A stretch of 64,000 nt of DNA, from positions 15,869,309 to 15,933,308 of the forward strand of contig NC_057718.1 in the NCBI RefSeq assembly GCF_004010195.1. The letters run 5' to 3'. Origin of the DNA: Chiloscyllium plagiosum (Eukaryota). Shown piece after piece: positions 48,900-62,253 of this stretch. The position numbers were made by a program, and so were the translations under genes. A model generated the notes under the pieces. It was not told where the DNA came from. It did not search any database and was given only the letters and a program-made list of their open reading frames with translations. Position 1 is the first letter of the stretch; the number at the start of each line of letters is the position of its first letter.

Positions 48900-51496
48900 T
48901 CAATTTCCCTTTCTGGCCAAGTCCACAGGATGATGGTTGTGCACGGTCAGACAAAGGGCACTTCCTGGTTTGCAGCATCTGAAGTGGATTATAAATGTGG
49001 CACTAACAGCAGTGGTGAGCACTTCACCTCTTCTACTGCATGATTCCAAGAGAAAGGTGGTCATTTGCATAATTAATAAGATGAGAATGGAAGAGTGCAT
49101 GAGGAAAGTCGCTATACACTATGGTGAAATGCTGCCACAGATCTAAGTCAAGTGAAAGTGTCAAAATGGGAAAATGCAGCCTTAAGAGCTGTCAAGCACA
49201 AGTTCCCTATCATAAATACACATTGATGCAACCTAATCATATTATGATTTACTAAAGTGTCTGTTACCAATTCACTAATAATATTCTAGAATTTTCCCTG
49301 CTATTCATGTCAGACTAACTAGCCCATCATTCTCTATTTAATCTCTCTCTTCTTTCTCAAATAATAATATTATATTTGCTATCTGCCTATCCATTCTGAC
49401 TGTTCGAGTGCCTAGAGAATACTGGATGATCAAAACCAGTCCATTCATTATCTTTATAGCTAATTTTTTAAAAGTCCAGGATACTGGCCATCAGGTCCTG
49501 AGATTTATTGACTTAATGCTTTCAGTATTTGCTTTGAATTGTTGGAACTTATTTCCTATATTTAATTAAGGTAAGAAAGAAACACAAGAGGATGTAAATT
49601 AATACAGATATACAATGTGCATTAAGTAAAACCTCCTTACTTAAAGAGTGATGAATGTTTGGAATAATGTGTTATGATAGGGCATTGGAGACAGATAAAT
49701 CAAGGATAATTAAAATGCATTTGGGTGTTGGGGAGAGAGAAGATAGGAGTAAAATAAACTGAAATTGGGTGAATTGAAATTCCTCATCTTCATTATTTAC
49801 TTACTTTATAGCTTAAACATCTTTAAAGCTCTAAACTTGAATATTTTAGTGAGTCATTTGCCATTACCTTGTATACCCCAAATGATTTTGAGAGTCTGCA
49901 CCATATCTTTCTGAAGAAGTTATGTTTCAACAAAGCTTTTGTTCATGGTTATATGATGCCCACTCAAATTGTACCATTTGGATGGTTAATGCTGACAGTT
50001 TTCAAAAACTGTGTTCCCTGCGGCTAAATCCTTTCCTACCTTATTTCTACTCCATTTCATATATTTATTTCACTAATATTACTTCCTTCAGAACTCCCTC
50101 AGAATATGTAACCTTATGTACTTCTGCAGAGCATCGTTTAAATCACATCTTGGTCTTTCTTCCATGTCCTTTAACACGGACACTGAACTCCATAAGGTTG
50201 ATGTTAGAAATTCTATATTCTGGAAGACAAACTGAAAATTCAGTTCTTCGAAAAGCTCAGCTCTTTCATGCCCCTCAAATCTAACCAACAGGCACCACTT
50301 TTCATCTTTAATAGATCAACCTTCTTCATCTATTGGTATTCCCAACTGTACCAGCTACATCAACCTCAAGTAGAATTCCTCCCCTCTCTCTATTGTTAAA
50401 GGTGCCTTGGAAAAGCTCAATGTTTTATGTGCAAAGTACTTCTTTTCTGAATTCTCGAGAGGATTTTTTCATGCCTTCTTTTGAATATACAAAGGATACA
50501 AGAAAAGATGGTCATCTGACAGCTGATCCCTCACAGTTCTCTGGTAGTTATCTCTCCATTTTATCAGAAATGCTTTGGGTATTCCTCTCTAAATTTTGCT
50601 AAACTTTAAATAAACAGTTCCAAATACTGTTTCAATCCTTGTTACTTTGAAGTCAAGTTGACTTAAAATCTACTTAAGCACTTTTTTCCCCTCAAAACTG
50701 TGGAGCTGCTCACTTCCCTCTGGCCCTGAAATTTAAATTTGGCTATTAGCTAAAATTCAAATATTAACATAGTGGGCGAAAGTTTCAGATCTTGTACTTG
50801 CCCAGCAGACCTCTGGGAGCTTTGCTGTAAATGTTCATAAAGGATCCTTGTTGGGTTCCCCAGCCAGGAGTGAAGTCAGTTGTGGTAGTCTAATGCTACC
50901 TTAGTCAGAATATCTCTCTTTGTCAGACTTTGTGAGAACCTTATTGGCCTGTATGTTTCAGGGCTACGCAAGACACAAGAGGGAAAGAAACCTGACACAG
51001 AGGCTTCAAAATTTTGAAATGAATCAGATGTTATATTTAGCATTTTTTAAGGACTTGAAATTTTAAAGGTTGTGGTAAAATGGATTTATTTCAAGATTCG
51101 CGGATACCTGTGTATTTATTTCCTTAAAAAGTCAATGAAAGAACACATTGGGCTGAATCCTCTCATACTTTGGCTTAGTGTCAATGTTGGGGTGATTCAC
51201 AGAGGATTTTCTTCTGTGAGTCCTGGCAACTTTTCTAACATACATTTTCACTGTTCACCTCATGAGGTAGGCATTCAACCTCCACATCAGTTTTGTTGTT
51301 CAATTGTGTGTAGAACAGGAAAGGTGAAAACAGAAATAACAAAGAAGCTGCATTTGATTTTGCAGATAAACAAGGGTTGCTTGCCTTTGTGATAACAAAC
51401 AGTATACATTCAATGATGTGTTCACACAACTCATATCTCTTGAAAGCTGGTGTCAATTAAGTTCTCTCTGGCTTGTTGTACTCAATACCCAATTTT

Positions 51497-51740
51497 TTTA
51501 TTCACTCGTGGGACTTGGGCATCACTGGCTCAACCAGCATTTGTTGCCTAATTCTAGTTGCCCTTGAGAAGGTGGTTGTGAGCTTCCTTTTTGAACCACT
51601 GCAGTGCATGTGCTGTGGATTAATCCACCATGCCATTAGGGTGGGAATTCCAAGATTTTCACCCAGTGATAGTGGAGGAATGGTGATATATTTCCAAATC
51701 AGGATGTTAAGTGGCTTGGACGGAAACTTGCAGGTGATTG
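51497..51740 (-). mobile_element. 3' end of a CR1/L2-group LINE
   Basis: Homologous to 6775-6872; probably the same family as 58250-61370. Confidence 0.55.
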
Positions 51741-51764
51741 GGAGAAGTGCAGGTAAATAACTGC

Positions 51765-53140
51765 TTCACCTGGATGGTGTGTCTAGAATCTTGAGGAGGA
51801 GGATCTTCTGTGATTACGTGGGAAGGGGTATGGGGAGGTTTTGGGAATGGAGGAGGAATGGTCATGGTGTTTCAGAGGGAATAGTCCTTGTGGAATGCTG
51901 ACAAGGGAGGGGAGGGGAATATGTGTCTGGTGGTGGCCTCCCACTGGATGTGTCAGAAATGGCAGCTTATGATCCTTTGGATGTGGATGCTGGTGGGATG
52001 AAAAATGAGGACTGGGGTCCCCTTCGATGTTGTGATAGGGACGAGAAGGAGTGATGGGTGAGGGCTGAAATGCAGAAGATGGGTTGCACGGTGGTAGGGG
52101 ATCCTTGGTTGAGGGAAAAGGTGGACGGTTCTGAGGCCTCCCTGTGAAAGATGGCATCTCCAGAACAGATGCAAAGGAGACAGAGAATCTGTGATGTGAG
52201 CATGCATCATCCAGATAACTGTGGGAGTTTGTGGATTTATAGAGGATATTGGTGGCCTGCCTATCCCTAAAATGGAAGCACAGATGTCAAAGAAGGAAAG
52301 GGAGGAGTCTGAGATGGACTGGGTGAAGATGAGAGCAAGGTGAAAGTTGGAAGAGAAATTGATAAATTTTACAAATTCCAGATGAGAAAGGGAAGTAGCA
52401 CCGATGATGTCATCAATGTACTGGAAAAAGAGTTGTGGAGAGGGAACCGAGTGAGATGGGAACAAGGAATGTTCCATGAACCTCACGAAGAGATAGACAT
52501 AACTGTGGTCCATGTGAATACCCATGGACACCACCTTAGATCTGAAGAAAGTGAGAGGAGTTAAAGGAGATGTGGCCCAGAGTGAAGATGAATCCAACTA
52601 GGGAGAGGAGGATGCTGATGAATGGGGATGGTTCAGGCCTTTTTTCCAGGAAGAAGCAGAGATCGCTAAGACCATCCAGATAGGGAATGGATGTGTAAAG
52701 GGATTGCACGTCCATGGGTGAAGAGGAGGCGACTGGTGCATGTGAACTGGAAACTCTGAAACTGATGAAAAGTGTCAGAACAATTCTGGGAAGGCACTGG
52801 AGAAAGGGAGACAAAAATCAAGCTGAGGTAGGAGGAGATGAGTTCCATGGGGCAGGAGCAGGCAGAAACAATGGGTCTCCTCAGGAAATCCTGTTTATGG
52901 ATTTTGGAAAGAAGGTCAAAGTAGGCTGTATGGGGTCAGGGGACAGTGAGCTTGGAGGCTATTGGGGCGAGATCACCAGCTGAAATGAGGTTAATGACAG
53001 TTGTGGACACATTAGCCTGGTGCTTGATGGTGGTGTCATGGTCTGGGAGAGATAGGAAAAAGTGTCTGAGGGCTGGTGCTCAGCCTTCACAATACAGAGG
53101 TCAGTACACCAGACAACAACAGCACCACTTTTGTCAGCAG
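51765..53140 (-). pseudogene. Degenerate Penelope-like reverse transcriptase
   Basis: Minus-strand ORF pieces MDVQSLYTSIP, SMG..M..SY..LF and FFQYIDDIIG, typical of PLE RT. The left end resembles the pre-GIY-YIG region at 23700-23800. Confidence 0.8.
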
Positions 53141-53204
53141 GCTTGTTTGCAAAATTGGATCTGCAAAATTAGTTCTGGCTGGCTAGCCAGCAATGCACAT
53201 GAAT

Positions 53205-53768
53205 GAAAGAAAACAGGGAGGTAGATACAAATGGATGAGAGGACAGAAGTTAAGCTGCAGTTATACAAAGCCCTGGTTAGGTGCCACCTGAAGTAATGTG
53301 AGCAGATGTGGGCATCACACCTCAGGAAGGACATACTGGCCCTGGAGAGAATGCGTTTACAAGAATGATACTTGCTCTTCAGAGGTTAAGTTACGAGAAG
53401 AGATTACACAAATTAGGCCTGTTTACTCTACAATTTAGAAGGTTAAAAATCTTCAAGATATTAACAGAAAAAGATAGCAGATAAAGATAAACTAACTCTA
53501 TTGGTTGGGATTCTAGAACTAGGCATAGTTTGAAAATTAGGGCCAGACCATTCAGGAGGGATGTTAAGAAGCACTTCTGCACACAAAGGCTGTAGATGTT
53601 TGGACCTTTTTCCACAAATAACAATGGATGCAGAATCAGTTGTTAATTTTAAATCTGAGATAGATAAATCTTTGTTAAATAAAGGTATTAAGAGATATAG
53701 GCCAAAGACAGGTACATGAATGCTGGAATGGGCATGAGGGGCTGAATGGCCTACTCCTGTTCCTATGT
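53205..53768 (+). mobile_element. CR1-type LINE 3' fragment
   Basis: LQLYKALVR.HL coding remnant and tail GAATGGCCTACTCCTGTTCCTATG. Confidence 0.75.
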
Positions 53769-54163
53769 ATTAATGCCGAAAGTGGGGATAGTACCTGCTA
53801 TGGCTGAGTTCATTTGAAATGGGTGCAACAAACCTATGTGAATTCCAGCAACATAGCACCTTATCAGTGATGTGATTCCTAAGCAGTTGTACCAGACACA
53901 GATAAGGCTTTACCATAGGCTGTGATACAGTATGCCATGAAGGTCTTCCAAAAGGAGGGTCATGAAATGTTTCTGCATGGGTCTCTGAGATACCACCAGA
54001 TGTATGCATCAAAACCATATTGTACAAATACATTAGGATACAGCATTGTAACTGTGGTAGGGGTACTACTTGCTTACCCGCTCCCCAGAATCATCCATAA
54101 GACACAATATTGCATATAAGAGCCCATGTTCTTTGAGACAAGCATAACTTTGTGTCCTTGTGC

Positions 54164-55057
54164 AGCTACGAGACCTTTTGAATTTATCTGAGAATTGAAT
54201 ATTGCAAGTAACAATTTTAGATTCTCCTGCAATCACTTCTGCTTCACAAAGTTTAGTTGGATTAATTTGTCATGATCAATGATATTGCCATGATTGCTAG
54301 AACCCAAGATTTGTCATTTAAATTGTTGGTCAATGAAAACATTCTGCCTATTGGAATTTTCATTTAAACGTTTTGGGAATTACATGACTTTGGTAAAATT
54401 GTTTGGATTCATTGCTTAGGAATTAGCTGCTTGAGTTTCGTGTCTTGTTTATAAATTGTTTTGGATAACAGTAGTGGGAAAAGCTTGTTCTGGGAAAGGC
54501 CTTCAGGCTCATCTTTCTGCCTTTCTGAAACAGCCTTGTTTTGTATCTAGTATGAAACCTGGAAAAACATCTAGAAGACTGTGTTTCCTGAGTAAGCTGC
54601 ATCTGCCAAAAATCCAGAGACAAATAATTATGTCTAGTGACCTGTCTGTGTGTGCCAAAATATCAGATTGACAACCATATAAACATTTCACATCTTCCTT
54701 TAAGAACTAACCATTATTAATCAAAAGTTTATTCCTTTCAAAGTGAGTCTCTGCAGGCAGCCATCTGATTTTTTTCTTTCCCAGATGTGTGCCTGTATTT
54801 TGGATAATTTATAGGGGTTAACATTAATACTTTCAGATAGCAAGTTTTAAACTTTTGTTGAATAACTTCTGTTTTATAGTAAATCAATACTGTTTATTAA
54901 AGAAACCTGGTTAATGGATCTTTTATTCTAGTTTCAATGTAAAAAGACGTATTATTAGCCGATTTGGGAATTGGGTAAAGCATGACATATATGTTCTGTC
55001 CTGTGGAATAGCAAGACCAGAAAGAGACAGTGCACTCCTCCAATCTCAGTTGTAACA
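54164..55057 (+). mobile_element. Possible solo LTR
   Basis: Ends in GTTGTAACA, has ATTAAA about 160 nt upstream, and a decayed TGTTAC-like start. The 5' boundary is uncertain. Confidence 0.3.
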
Positions 55058-57069
55058 AAAACAATGAAAAACGTCTGTTGTGAAAGCAACAGAAAGGGCT
55101 GGCCTTATCAGTGTGATGCCAAAGCTCACTTTTTAATAGATTCTCAGCACATGAAAAATAGGAACAACCTTCCTTTTATTACCAAAAAGATTCAGGATTT
55201 TTTTTTCAATGTGGCTCTAAGTAGCTTACACTGTGGCATATAAAAGTTTAAGGTAGTTGAGAATCAATGCCACTAGAACCTACATGTACTTGCTTAACTG
55301 GTCACATGGGTGCCCCTCCTATGAGAGGATTCTTGCCAATTGGCAAAAGTTCAGCACCCTATCCAACTGACACCTAATTTTCATTAAGGAAAATAAGAAT
55401 TTGTTGTGTTTGAATGCAAAGTCAGTCACTTGCTTAAAGCAAGTCTGATAAGCAGGGTTTTCTGATTCAACATATCTCTTATGGCTCTCTAGGGGGCTGT
55501 AGAGCCATTAAAGCTTTATGGCTACCCTCACTGTTATGGATTAGTTGTCCCCATTGTAGATTTTTCCCTACTGATCAGTTTTTAGCAGTTTATATTGCAG
55601 TATGACAATCTTGTGATGTAGAGGCAACACAAACATACTTCTTCTGAAGTGCTGATATAGGATGCCAGTATCTAATCCTGCTTATAGGATGCTAAGTAGG
55701 TAATAAGGCAAACAGGTGTTGTGAACTAATTAGAAAATATTCAAATGTATATGGGGGTAAAGTTGTAGTGTCCCTACCCCTGAACCAAGAGACCTGGATT
55801 TAAGTCCCACCTGCTCCAGAGGTGTGTAATAACATCTCTGAACAAGCTGTTTAGAAAAATAGGTCAAATGTATATGGGGGCAGGGCTCTTGAGGTACAGT
55901 GCTAGTGTCCCTACCTCTGGGTCATGAGGCCTAGATTCAAAACCCCTCTGCTGTAGAGGTATGTAACGGATTGATTAGAAAATATAAAATTTATATCGGT
56001 GGGTTTGGAGTCACTTATAGGCCAGACCAGGAAAGAACTGCAGTTAATTTCTACAAAGGACATTAGTGAACCAGATGGGTTTTTACAAGAACTTTTAGAG
56101 GCTACATGGTCACCATTAGGGTAGCTTTTAATTCCAAGACTGTGTCCACCTCTGCCTTAAAAATAGTGAAAGACTTTGCTTCCACCATCTTTTGAGGAAG
56201 AGGATTTCAAATACTCATGACCCTCCTGTGAGAAAGAATTAGAGTCATAGAGTCTAGAGATGTACAGTTCTCCTCCTCTCTGTCATAAATGGGTGAGCTC
56301 TTATTTTTTTAACCCATGACCCCTAGTTCCAGAGTGAAGAAGATGTTACACGGTTCTTCATCACCACTTTCACAAACCTCCAGATGTAGAGAGTTCAGAA
56401 AAGCTAAACCAGCAGAGAAGACACAAAATCAAAATAATGAACTAGGATTTCCTGACATTGGGCAAGGGATTTCTAGCTCCCGTGAGAAAGAACCTGAAAT
56501 GTTTATAGGGCTCCTGTGGTACAGTAATAGTGCCCTTCCTCTCAACCAGGAGGCCCAAGTTCAAGTTCCATCCGCTCCAGAAATGTATCTGGACAGATTA
56601 ATTAAAAGTACAGCAAACTTTCTGAGTATCTATGCTGTAAATAAAGTATAACAGTAACATGCATACCCCCTGCATTATATTTGTATTGCTTACTGTGTGT
56701 TTTACATTGATTTTAGGAGGAGCGTCGATGTTTTTACATAGATCTTTTGAGGGATATTGATGTCTTGAAGCTTTGATTGTTCAGGGTTTCCTGCGGTTAT
56801 GCGTATTTTTTGATTATTCAGAATATTGATCAGCCAGTACACTCATGGTCCCCTGGGTTGCCAGTTATTAAATGGTGCACTGTAATTCAAATATGTGAAA
56901 GGAATAGTCAGCTAGATGATGGCTAGGTTTCATATTGGGTGGTTGGTTGAAATAGAACTCGAATCAGAAAATGTGTAACTGGACTCCTGACTAAAAAGCA
57001 TTTAATGTCTAGTATAGTACTTACATATCAGAGGATGGTTGAATCAAAATGTAAACTGTTGGGTATAAT

Positions 57070-58245
57070 TGCTAATCCGTTTTCTGAATGTGAACTGTGT
57101 GACCAGTGGAAGAACAAAGTAACCACCTGAATCTGGGTGACTTCTTTATTGGGGGGAGACAAGGTATGGTCCTGGTAATTTCTGCTGCCATAGAGAACCA
57201 GGATAAGAAGCAAATTTTTCTTTTGGAATAAGAGCCAAATGAGTTGAACATGGATGAATATTTGGATAGATTGTTAATTTTCATGGATAAGATTTATTGA
57301 AAGTATAATTTATAATTATGATTGCTTATGAGATCAGATTTTGATTAATTTAAGAAGTGTGAAGATAGTTCCAAGGAAAAGTCCATAATGCAATTTAGTA
57401 AAATGTATACAGGATGGAGAAATTCTATTTGTAAATTCCTGAATCTATGCTCATGTTGAAGTTATTGAAGTACCAAGGTATTGAAAATGGACAGACTTCT
57501 AGTTTTGATGGCAGTCAAATTTGGAGACAAAACACATTGCTTGAATGAAACCACAAAAAAATTATTGTAAAATATTTCTTACCAGAAATATTTGTGGAAC
57601 AAAGAGAACAATTGACGATATGACAGAAAACAAAGGACAGTATTAGTGTAAGGACAAGACTGTCCAGATACAGACTGCAAGTGACAGTACAAAAGGAGAA
57701 ATGTAACTAAGAGAAATTAAGAAAGAAATGTTTTTGGAATTTAAGAAGCAAAGAAAATTAAAGATTTATAGAGAATAAGCTCCAGAAATACCCAGGGTAT
57801 AGTCAGTCAATTTTTCAGGTGTGATTCAAAATACTATTACACCATGAACTACTCATATGATCTAGGAGAGTATTCAAAGCAAAACATTAAATGGAAGCTA
57901 AACATGGATGAAGAAGATGAAAATAATTATCAATGAAATGGCATTGTATTGGTCATGATGTTTCAGCCCAGTAGTGAATGTGTTGGTGGCAGAATCTTTC
58001 AATTGTATAGTATTAGACAGTGGATGCATGACTGCAGTCCGTGAAATAGACTGGCTAAAATGTTATCTAGACTCTGAGTAATAAGAATGATAACAAGTTA
58101 AGCAATTTGAGACCTCCGCTGCTTTCACATTTGGGAATTCTAAACTAAACTCATTAAAATCAGTCGCCATTCCTTGTAAGATAGCAGAATAAATCATTTT
58201 ATTAACAAGATACCGTATCCAGTGATATATCATTATTATTGACTG
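57070..58245 (+). pseudogene. Copia gag, zinc knuckle and aspartic protease remnant
   Basis: Manual translation across frameshifts gives DQWKNKV...WVTSL...QGMVL; LDRLLIFMDKIY; PESMLMLKLL; MDRLLVLMAVKF; decayed knuckle FRCDSKYYY; AESFNCIVLDSGCMTAV..DWLKCYLDS; FTFGN; SLKSVAIPCKIA. Confidence 0.8.
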
Positions 58246-58384
58246 GGCCATTTAGTTGTATCTAATTGCTAAGAAGTCTCAAAGAATGATCACCTGGCAT
58301 TGACCTTGGCAATAGAAATGACACTGGCAAACTCAGCTCTGTCAACCCTGCAAAATCTCCTTAGTAACATCAGGGGTTAGTGCT

Positions 58385-58615
58385 AACAACAGAAGAGTTG
58401 GTCTCAGTAACAGTCCACCATAGTCATATGAAGAACAGGAGAGCTGGTCTCAGTAATAACTTACCATAAGTATATGAACAACAGGAGAGCTGGTCTCAGT
58501 AATAACCTACATAGTCAAATGAACAACAGGAGAGCTGGTCTCAGTAATAACCTACCATAGTCAAATGAACAACAGGAGAGCTGGTCTCAGTAATAACCTA
58601 CCATAGACATATGAA
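58385..58615. repeat. 46-bp minisatellite, 5 copies
   Basis: Unit AACAACAGGAGAGCTGGTCTCAGTAATAACCTACCATAGTCAAATG, contiguous with no spacers. Confidence 0.92.
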
Positions 58616-59994
58616 TTCATAGTAAAGACAATGTCTCAGACAGCACCTGCACCATGCCTGCGTATGTCCTGTTCCACTGGCAGGACAGACCCAGCAGATG
58701 TGGTGGCATAATGGTATACAGTCAGGAGGCAGTTGTTTGAAGTCCCAAGGCGTCAGATCAAATATGAACAAGGAACCTGCTGATTACCCCTTACCACACC
58801 CCTCTTCTCTCAGCTGATTAATCAGTACTTCTCCTTGTTAGGCACAACTTGGAAAAAACATTGAGGGTGGAAAGACCATAGAGCATAATTGGGTGGGGAT
58901 TTCAATGTCAATCAGCAAGAGTGGCTCAGCAGCACTGCTACTGACCGAGCAAGTCTGGTCCTAAATGGGGAACCAACAAGAGAGAAACATGTACTTGACC
59001 TCATCCTCACCAGTCTGTCTGCTGCACATGTATCTGTCCATGACAGTATCATTAGAAGTGACAACTGCGCAGTCTTTATGGAGACATCCATATTGAGGAT
59101 ATCCACCATTGTGTTGTGTGACACGACCATAAGTGTGAAATAGGAAAGATTTTGCAACTCAAGACTAGGCATCATGAGATGCAAGGAGCCATCAGGAGCA
59201 GCAGAATTGTATTCAAATATAATTACAAACTTATGGCCCAGGATATCCCCACTCTACCATTAAAATCAAGCCAGAAGATCAACCCTGGTTCAATGACGAG
59301 TTAAGGGGGGCTTGCTAGGAAAAGCACCAGGCTTACCTAAAAAAATGTGTCATCCTGGTCAAGATATAAAACAGGACTGACTTGCGTGCCAAAAGGCATT
59401 AGTAACAAGTGATAGACAAGGCTAAGTGATTCAGTAGCCAATGATATAATCTCCGCCTTCCTGCCCCATCCTGTTGTGATTGGTGTTGGACAATTAAACA
59501 ACCCACAGGTGAAGGAGGCTCCACAAATCCACGTATATCGGTGTAAAAGACAAGGTCAAAGAATTTGTAATAATCTTCAGCCAGAAGTGCTGAGTGGATG
59601 ATCCATGTTGGCCTCTTCATAGGTCCTCGCATCTTGAATGCAAATCTGCCAATTTGATTCACATCACATGATATCCAGATGAAGGTACTGGATTCTGCAA
59701 AGGCCACAAACCCTGACAACATTCTGGCAATAGTATTGTAGACTTGTCTTCTGAACCTTATTGCACCCCTAACCAAACTTCCAGTACTGCTACCTTACTG
59801 GCATCTACCTGAAAATATGGAAAATTGCCCAGGAATGTCCTGTACATAAAACCCAGAACAAATCCAACCTGGCCAATTACTGTTCCAACAGACTACTCTC
59901 AATCATCAGTAAAGTGATGGAGGGTGTCATCAACAGTGCTATCAAGAGCTCTTTCTTAACAATAAGGTGCTCAGTTTGAATTCAGCCAAACTGC

Positions 59995-60392
59995 CATAAC
60001 ACGAACCCTCCAACCACAAGGGATGAACTCAGATTTCTCCAGTTTCCTCATTTCCCCTCCCCCCACCTTGTCTCAGTCCCAACCCTTGAACTCAGCACCA
60101 CCTTCCTAACCTGCAATCTTCTTCCTGACCTCTCTGCCCCCACCCCCACTCCGGCCTATCACCCTCACCTTAACCTCCTTCCACCTATCGCATTTCCAAC
60201 GCCCATCCCCCAAGTCCCTCCTCCCTACCTTTTATCTTAGCCTGCTGGACACACTTTCCTCATTCCTGAAGAAGGGCTCATGCCCGAAATGTCGATTCTC
60301 CTGCTCCTCGGATGCTGCCTGACCTGCTGCGCTTTTCCAGAAACACATTTTCAACTCTGATTTCCAGCATCTGCAGTCCTCACTTTCTCCTC
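59995..60392 (+). mobile_element. Penelope-like 3' fragment nested in the LINE RT region, with a hammerhead motif at 60266-60293
   Basis: Near-identical to 1-311; the ACGT palindrome has changed to ATGT. Confidence 0.85.
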
Positions 60393-61632
60393 ATAACACT
60401 CTTACAGTCTTGGTTCCAGCATGGTCAAAAGACTTGAACTCCAGACGGGAAGTGAGAGTGACTGCCCTTGACATCGTGACTATATTTGACTGAGTTTTGC
60501 ACCAAGGAACCCTAGCAAAACTGGGGTCAATGGGAATCAGGGAAAACTCTGCACTGATTGGAGTGATACCTAACACAAGGCAAAATGGTTGCGGTTGTTG
60601 GCAGTCAGTCATCTTAGTTTCAAAACATCTCTACAGGAGTTCTTCAGGGAAATGGCCTAGGCCCAACCATCTTCAGTTGCTAAATTGATTATATTCCCTT
60701 ATTGTAAGGTCAGAAGTGGGGAATTTTGCTGATGATTGCACAATGTTCAGCAATATTCGCAACTTCTCAGATACTGAAGCTGTCCATGTCCAAATGCAGC
60801 AAGACCGTGATGATGTCCTGGCATTGACTGACAGGTAGCAAGTAGCATTTGTGTCACTAATGTTCCAGGCAATGACCAGATCCAACAAGAGAGAGTCTAA
60901 AAATCAGCCATTGGCATTCAATGGATTACTATTGTTGAATTCCCTACTATCAATATCCTGGACGTGACCATTGACTTTGAACTGAACTGGACTAAATATA
61001 AGTGTTATGGCTACAAGAACAGTTCTAGAGCTATGAATTTTGCAGTGAGTAGCTCATCTCCTGATTCCCCAGATTCTACCCACCAACTACAAGGCACAAA
61101 TTGGGATTGTAATGAAATACTCCCCACTTGTCTGGATGTGTACAATTCCAAAAATACTCAAGAAGCTTGACACCCTCCAGGACAAAGTAGCCCCATTGGC
61201 ATCACATTCACAAACATTAATTTCTTCCACCACTGATGGACAATAACAGCAGTGTGCACCATCTACACGATACAATGCAGAAATTCACCAAAGCTCTGTA
61301 GGCAGCGCCTTCCAAACCCACAACTAGTAAATCTAGAAGGACAAGGGTAGCGGGTGCATGGGGACACCAAATATATAAGTATACCTCTAAGCTATTTGGT
61401 ACAACAGGGTTCATTACATTTATAGTGGGAAGGAGTGACAAACACTGTCCATTAGCTGGGGAATTTAAAAACATAAGAGTAAATTTAGAAGGACCGAAGC
61501 TGCAGAGGCATGCTGGTTGAAATGACAGATGTATTTATATAGCATTTTAAAGGAATTCCTAAGCAAAAGACAATGAAAATGTGCCTATGGAATACAATAC
61601 TAATAATTACTCACTCTGGAAAAATGTCCACT

Positions 61633-62253
61633 TAGAGTCATAGAGATGAACAGCATGGAAACAGACCCTTTGGTCCAACCTGTCCATGCTGACCAGATAT
61701 CCCAACCCAATCTAGTCCCACCTGCCAGCACCCGGCCCATATCCCTCCAAACCCTTCCTATTCATATACCCATCCAAATGCCTCTTAAATGTTGCAATTG
61801 TACNNNNNNNNNNNNNNNNNNNNNNNNNNNNNNNNNNNNNNNNNNNNNNNNNNNNNNNNNNNNNNNNNNNNNNNNNNNNNNNNNNNNNNNNNNNNNNNNN
61901 NNNNNNNNNNNNNNNNNNNNNNNNNNNNNNNNNNNNNNNNNNNNNNNNNNNNNNNNNNNNNNNNNNNNNNNNNNNNNNNNNNNNNNNNNNNNNCCTTCTT
62001 CACTATCTTATCTACCTGCGACTCCACTTTCAAGGAGCTATGAACCTGCACTCCAAGGTCTGTTTGTTCAGCAACACTCCCTAGGACCTTACCATTAAGT
62101 GTATAAGTCCTGCTAAGATTTGTTTTCCCAAAATGCAGCACCTCGCATTTATCTGAATTAAACTCCATCTGCCACTTCTCGGCCCATTGGCCCATCTGGT
62201 CCAGATCCTGTTGTAATCTGAGGTAACCCTCTTCGCTGTCCACTACACCTCCA
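61633..62253 (-). mobile_element. HER1/CR1 LINE 3' fragment spanning an assembly gap
   Basis: Near-identical to 6895-7671; encodes [18 protein letters not shown]...WAEKWQMEFN. Confidence 0.9.
61804..61993. other. Assembly gap (190 N)
   Basis: Run of N. Confidence 1.

Larger units (their letters stand above)
58250..61370 (+). mobile_element. Long degenerate CR1/L2-group LINE (APE plus RT), inserted in the Copia element
   Basis: APE motifs WQDRPSRCGG, GDFNV, PTREKHVLDLILT and SDN; NYC..LLSIISKVMEGVI; RT motifs GV.QG..LGP and FADD at ~60635-60740. Confidence 0.85.

Noticed and set aside
58385..58615. CRISPR-like array
   Set aside because: Units are contiguous with no unique spacers, there are no cas genes, and the context is a vertebrate LINE.
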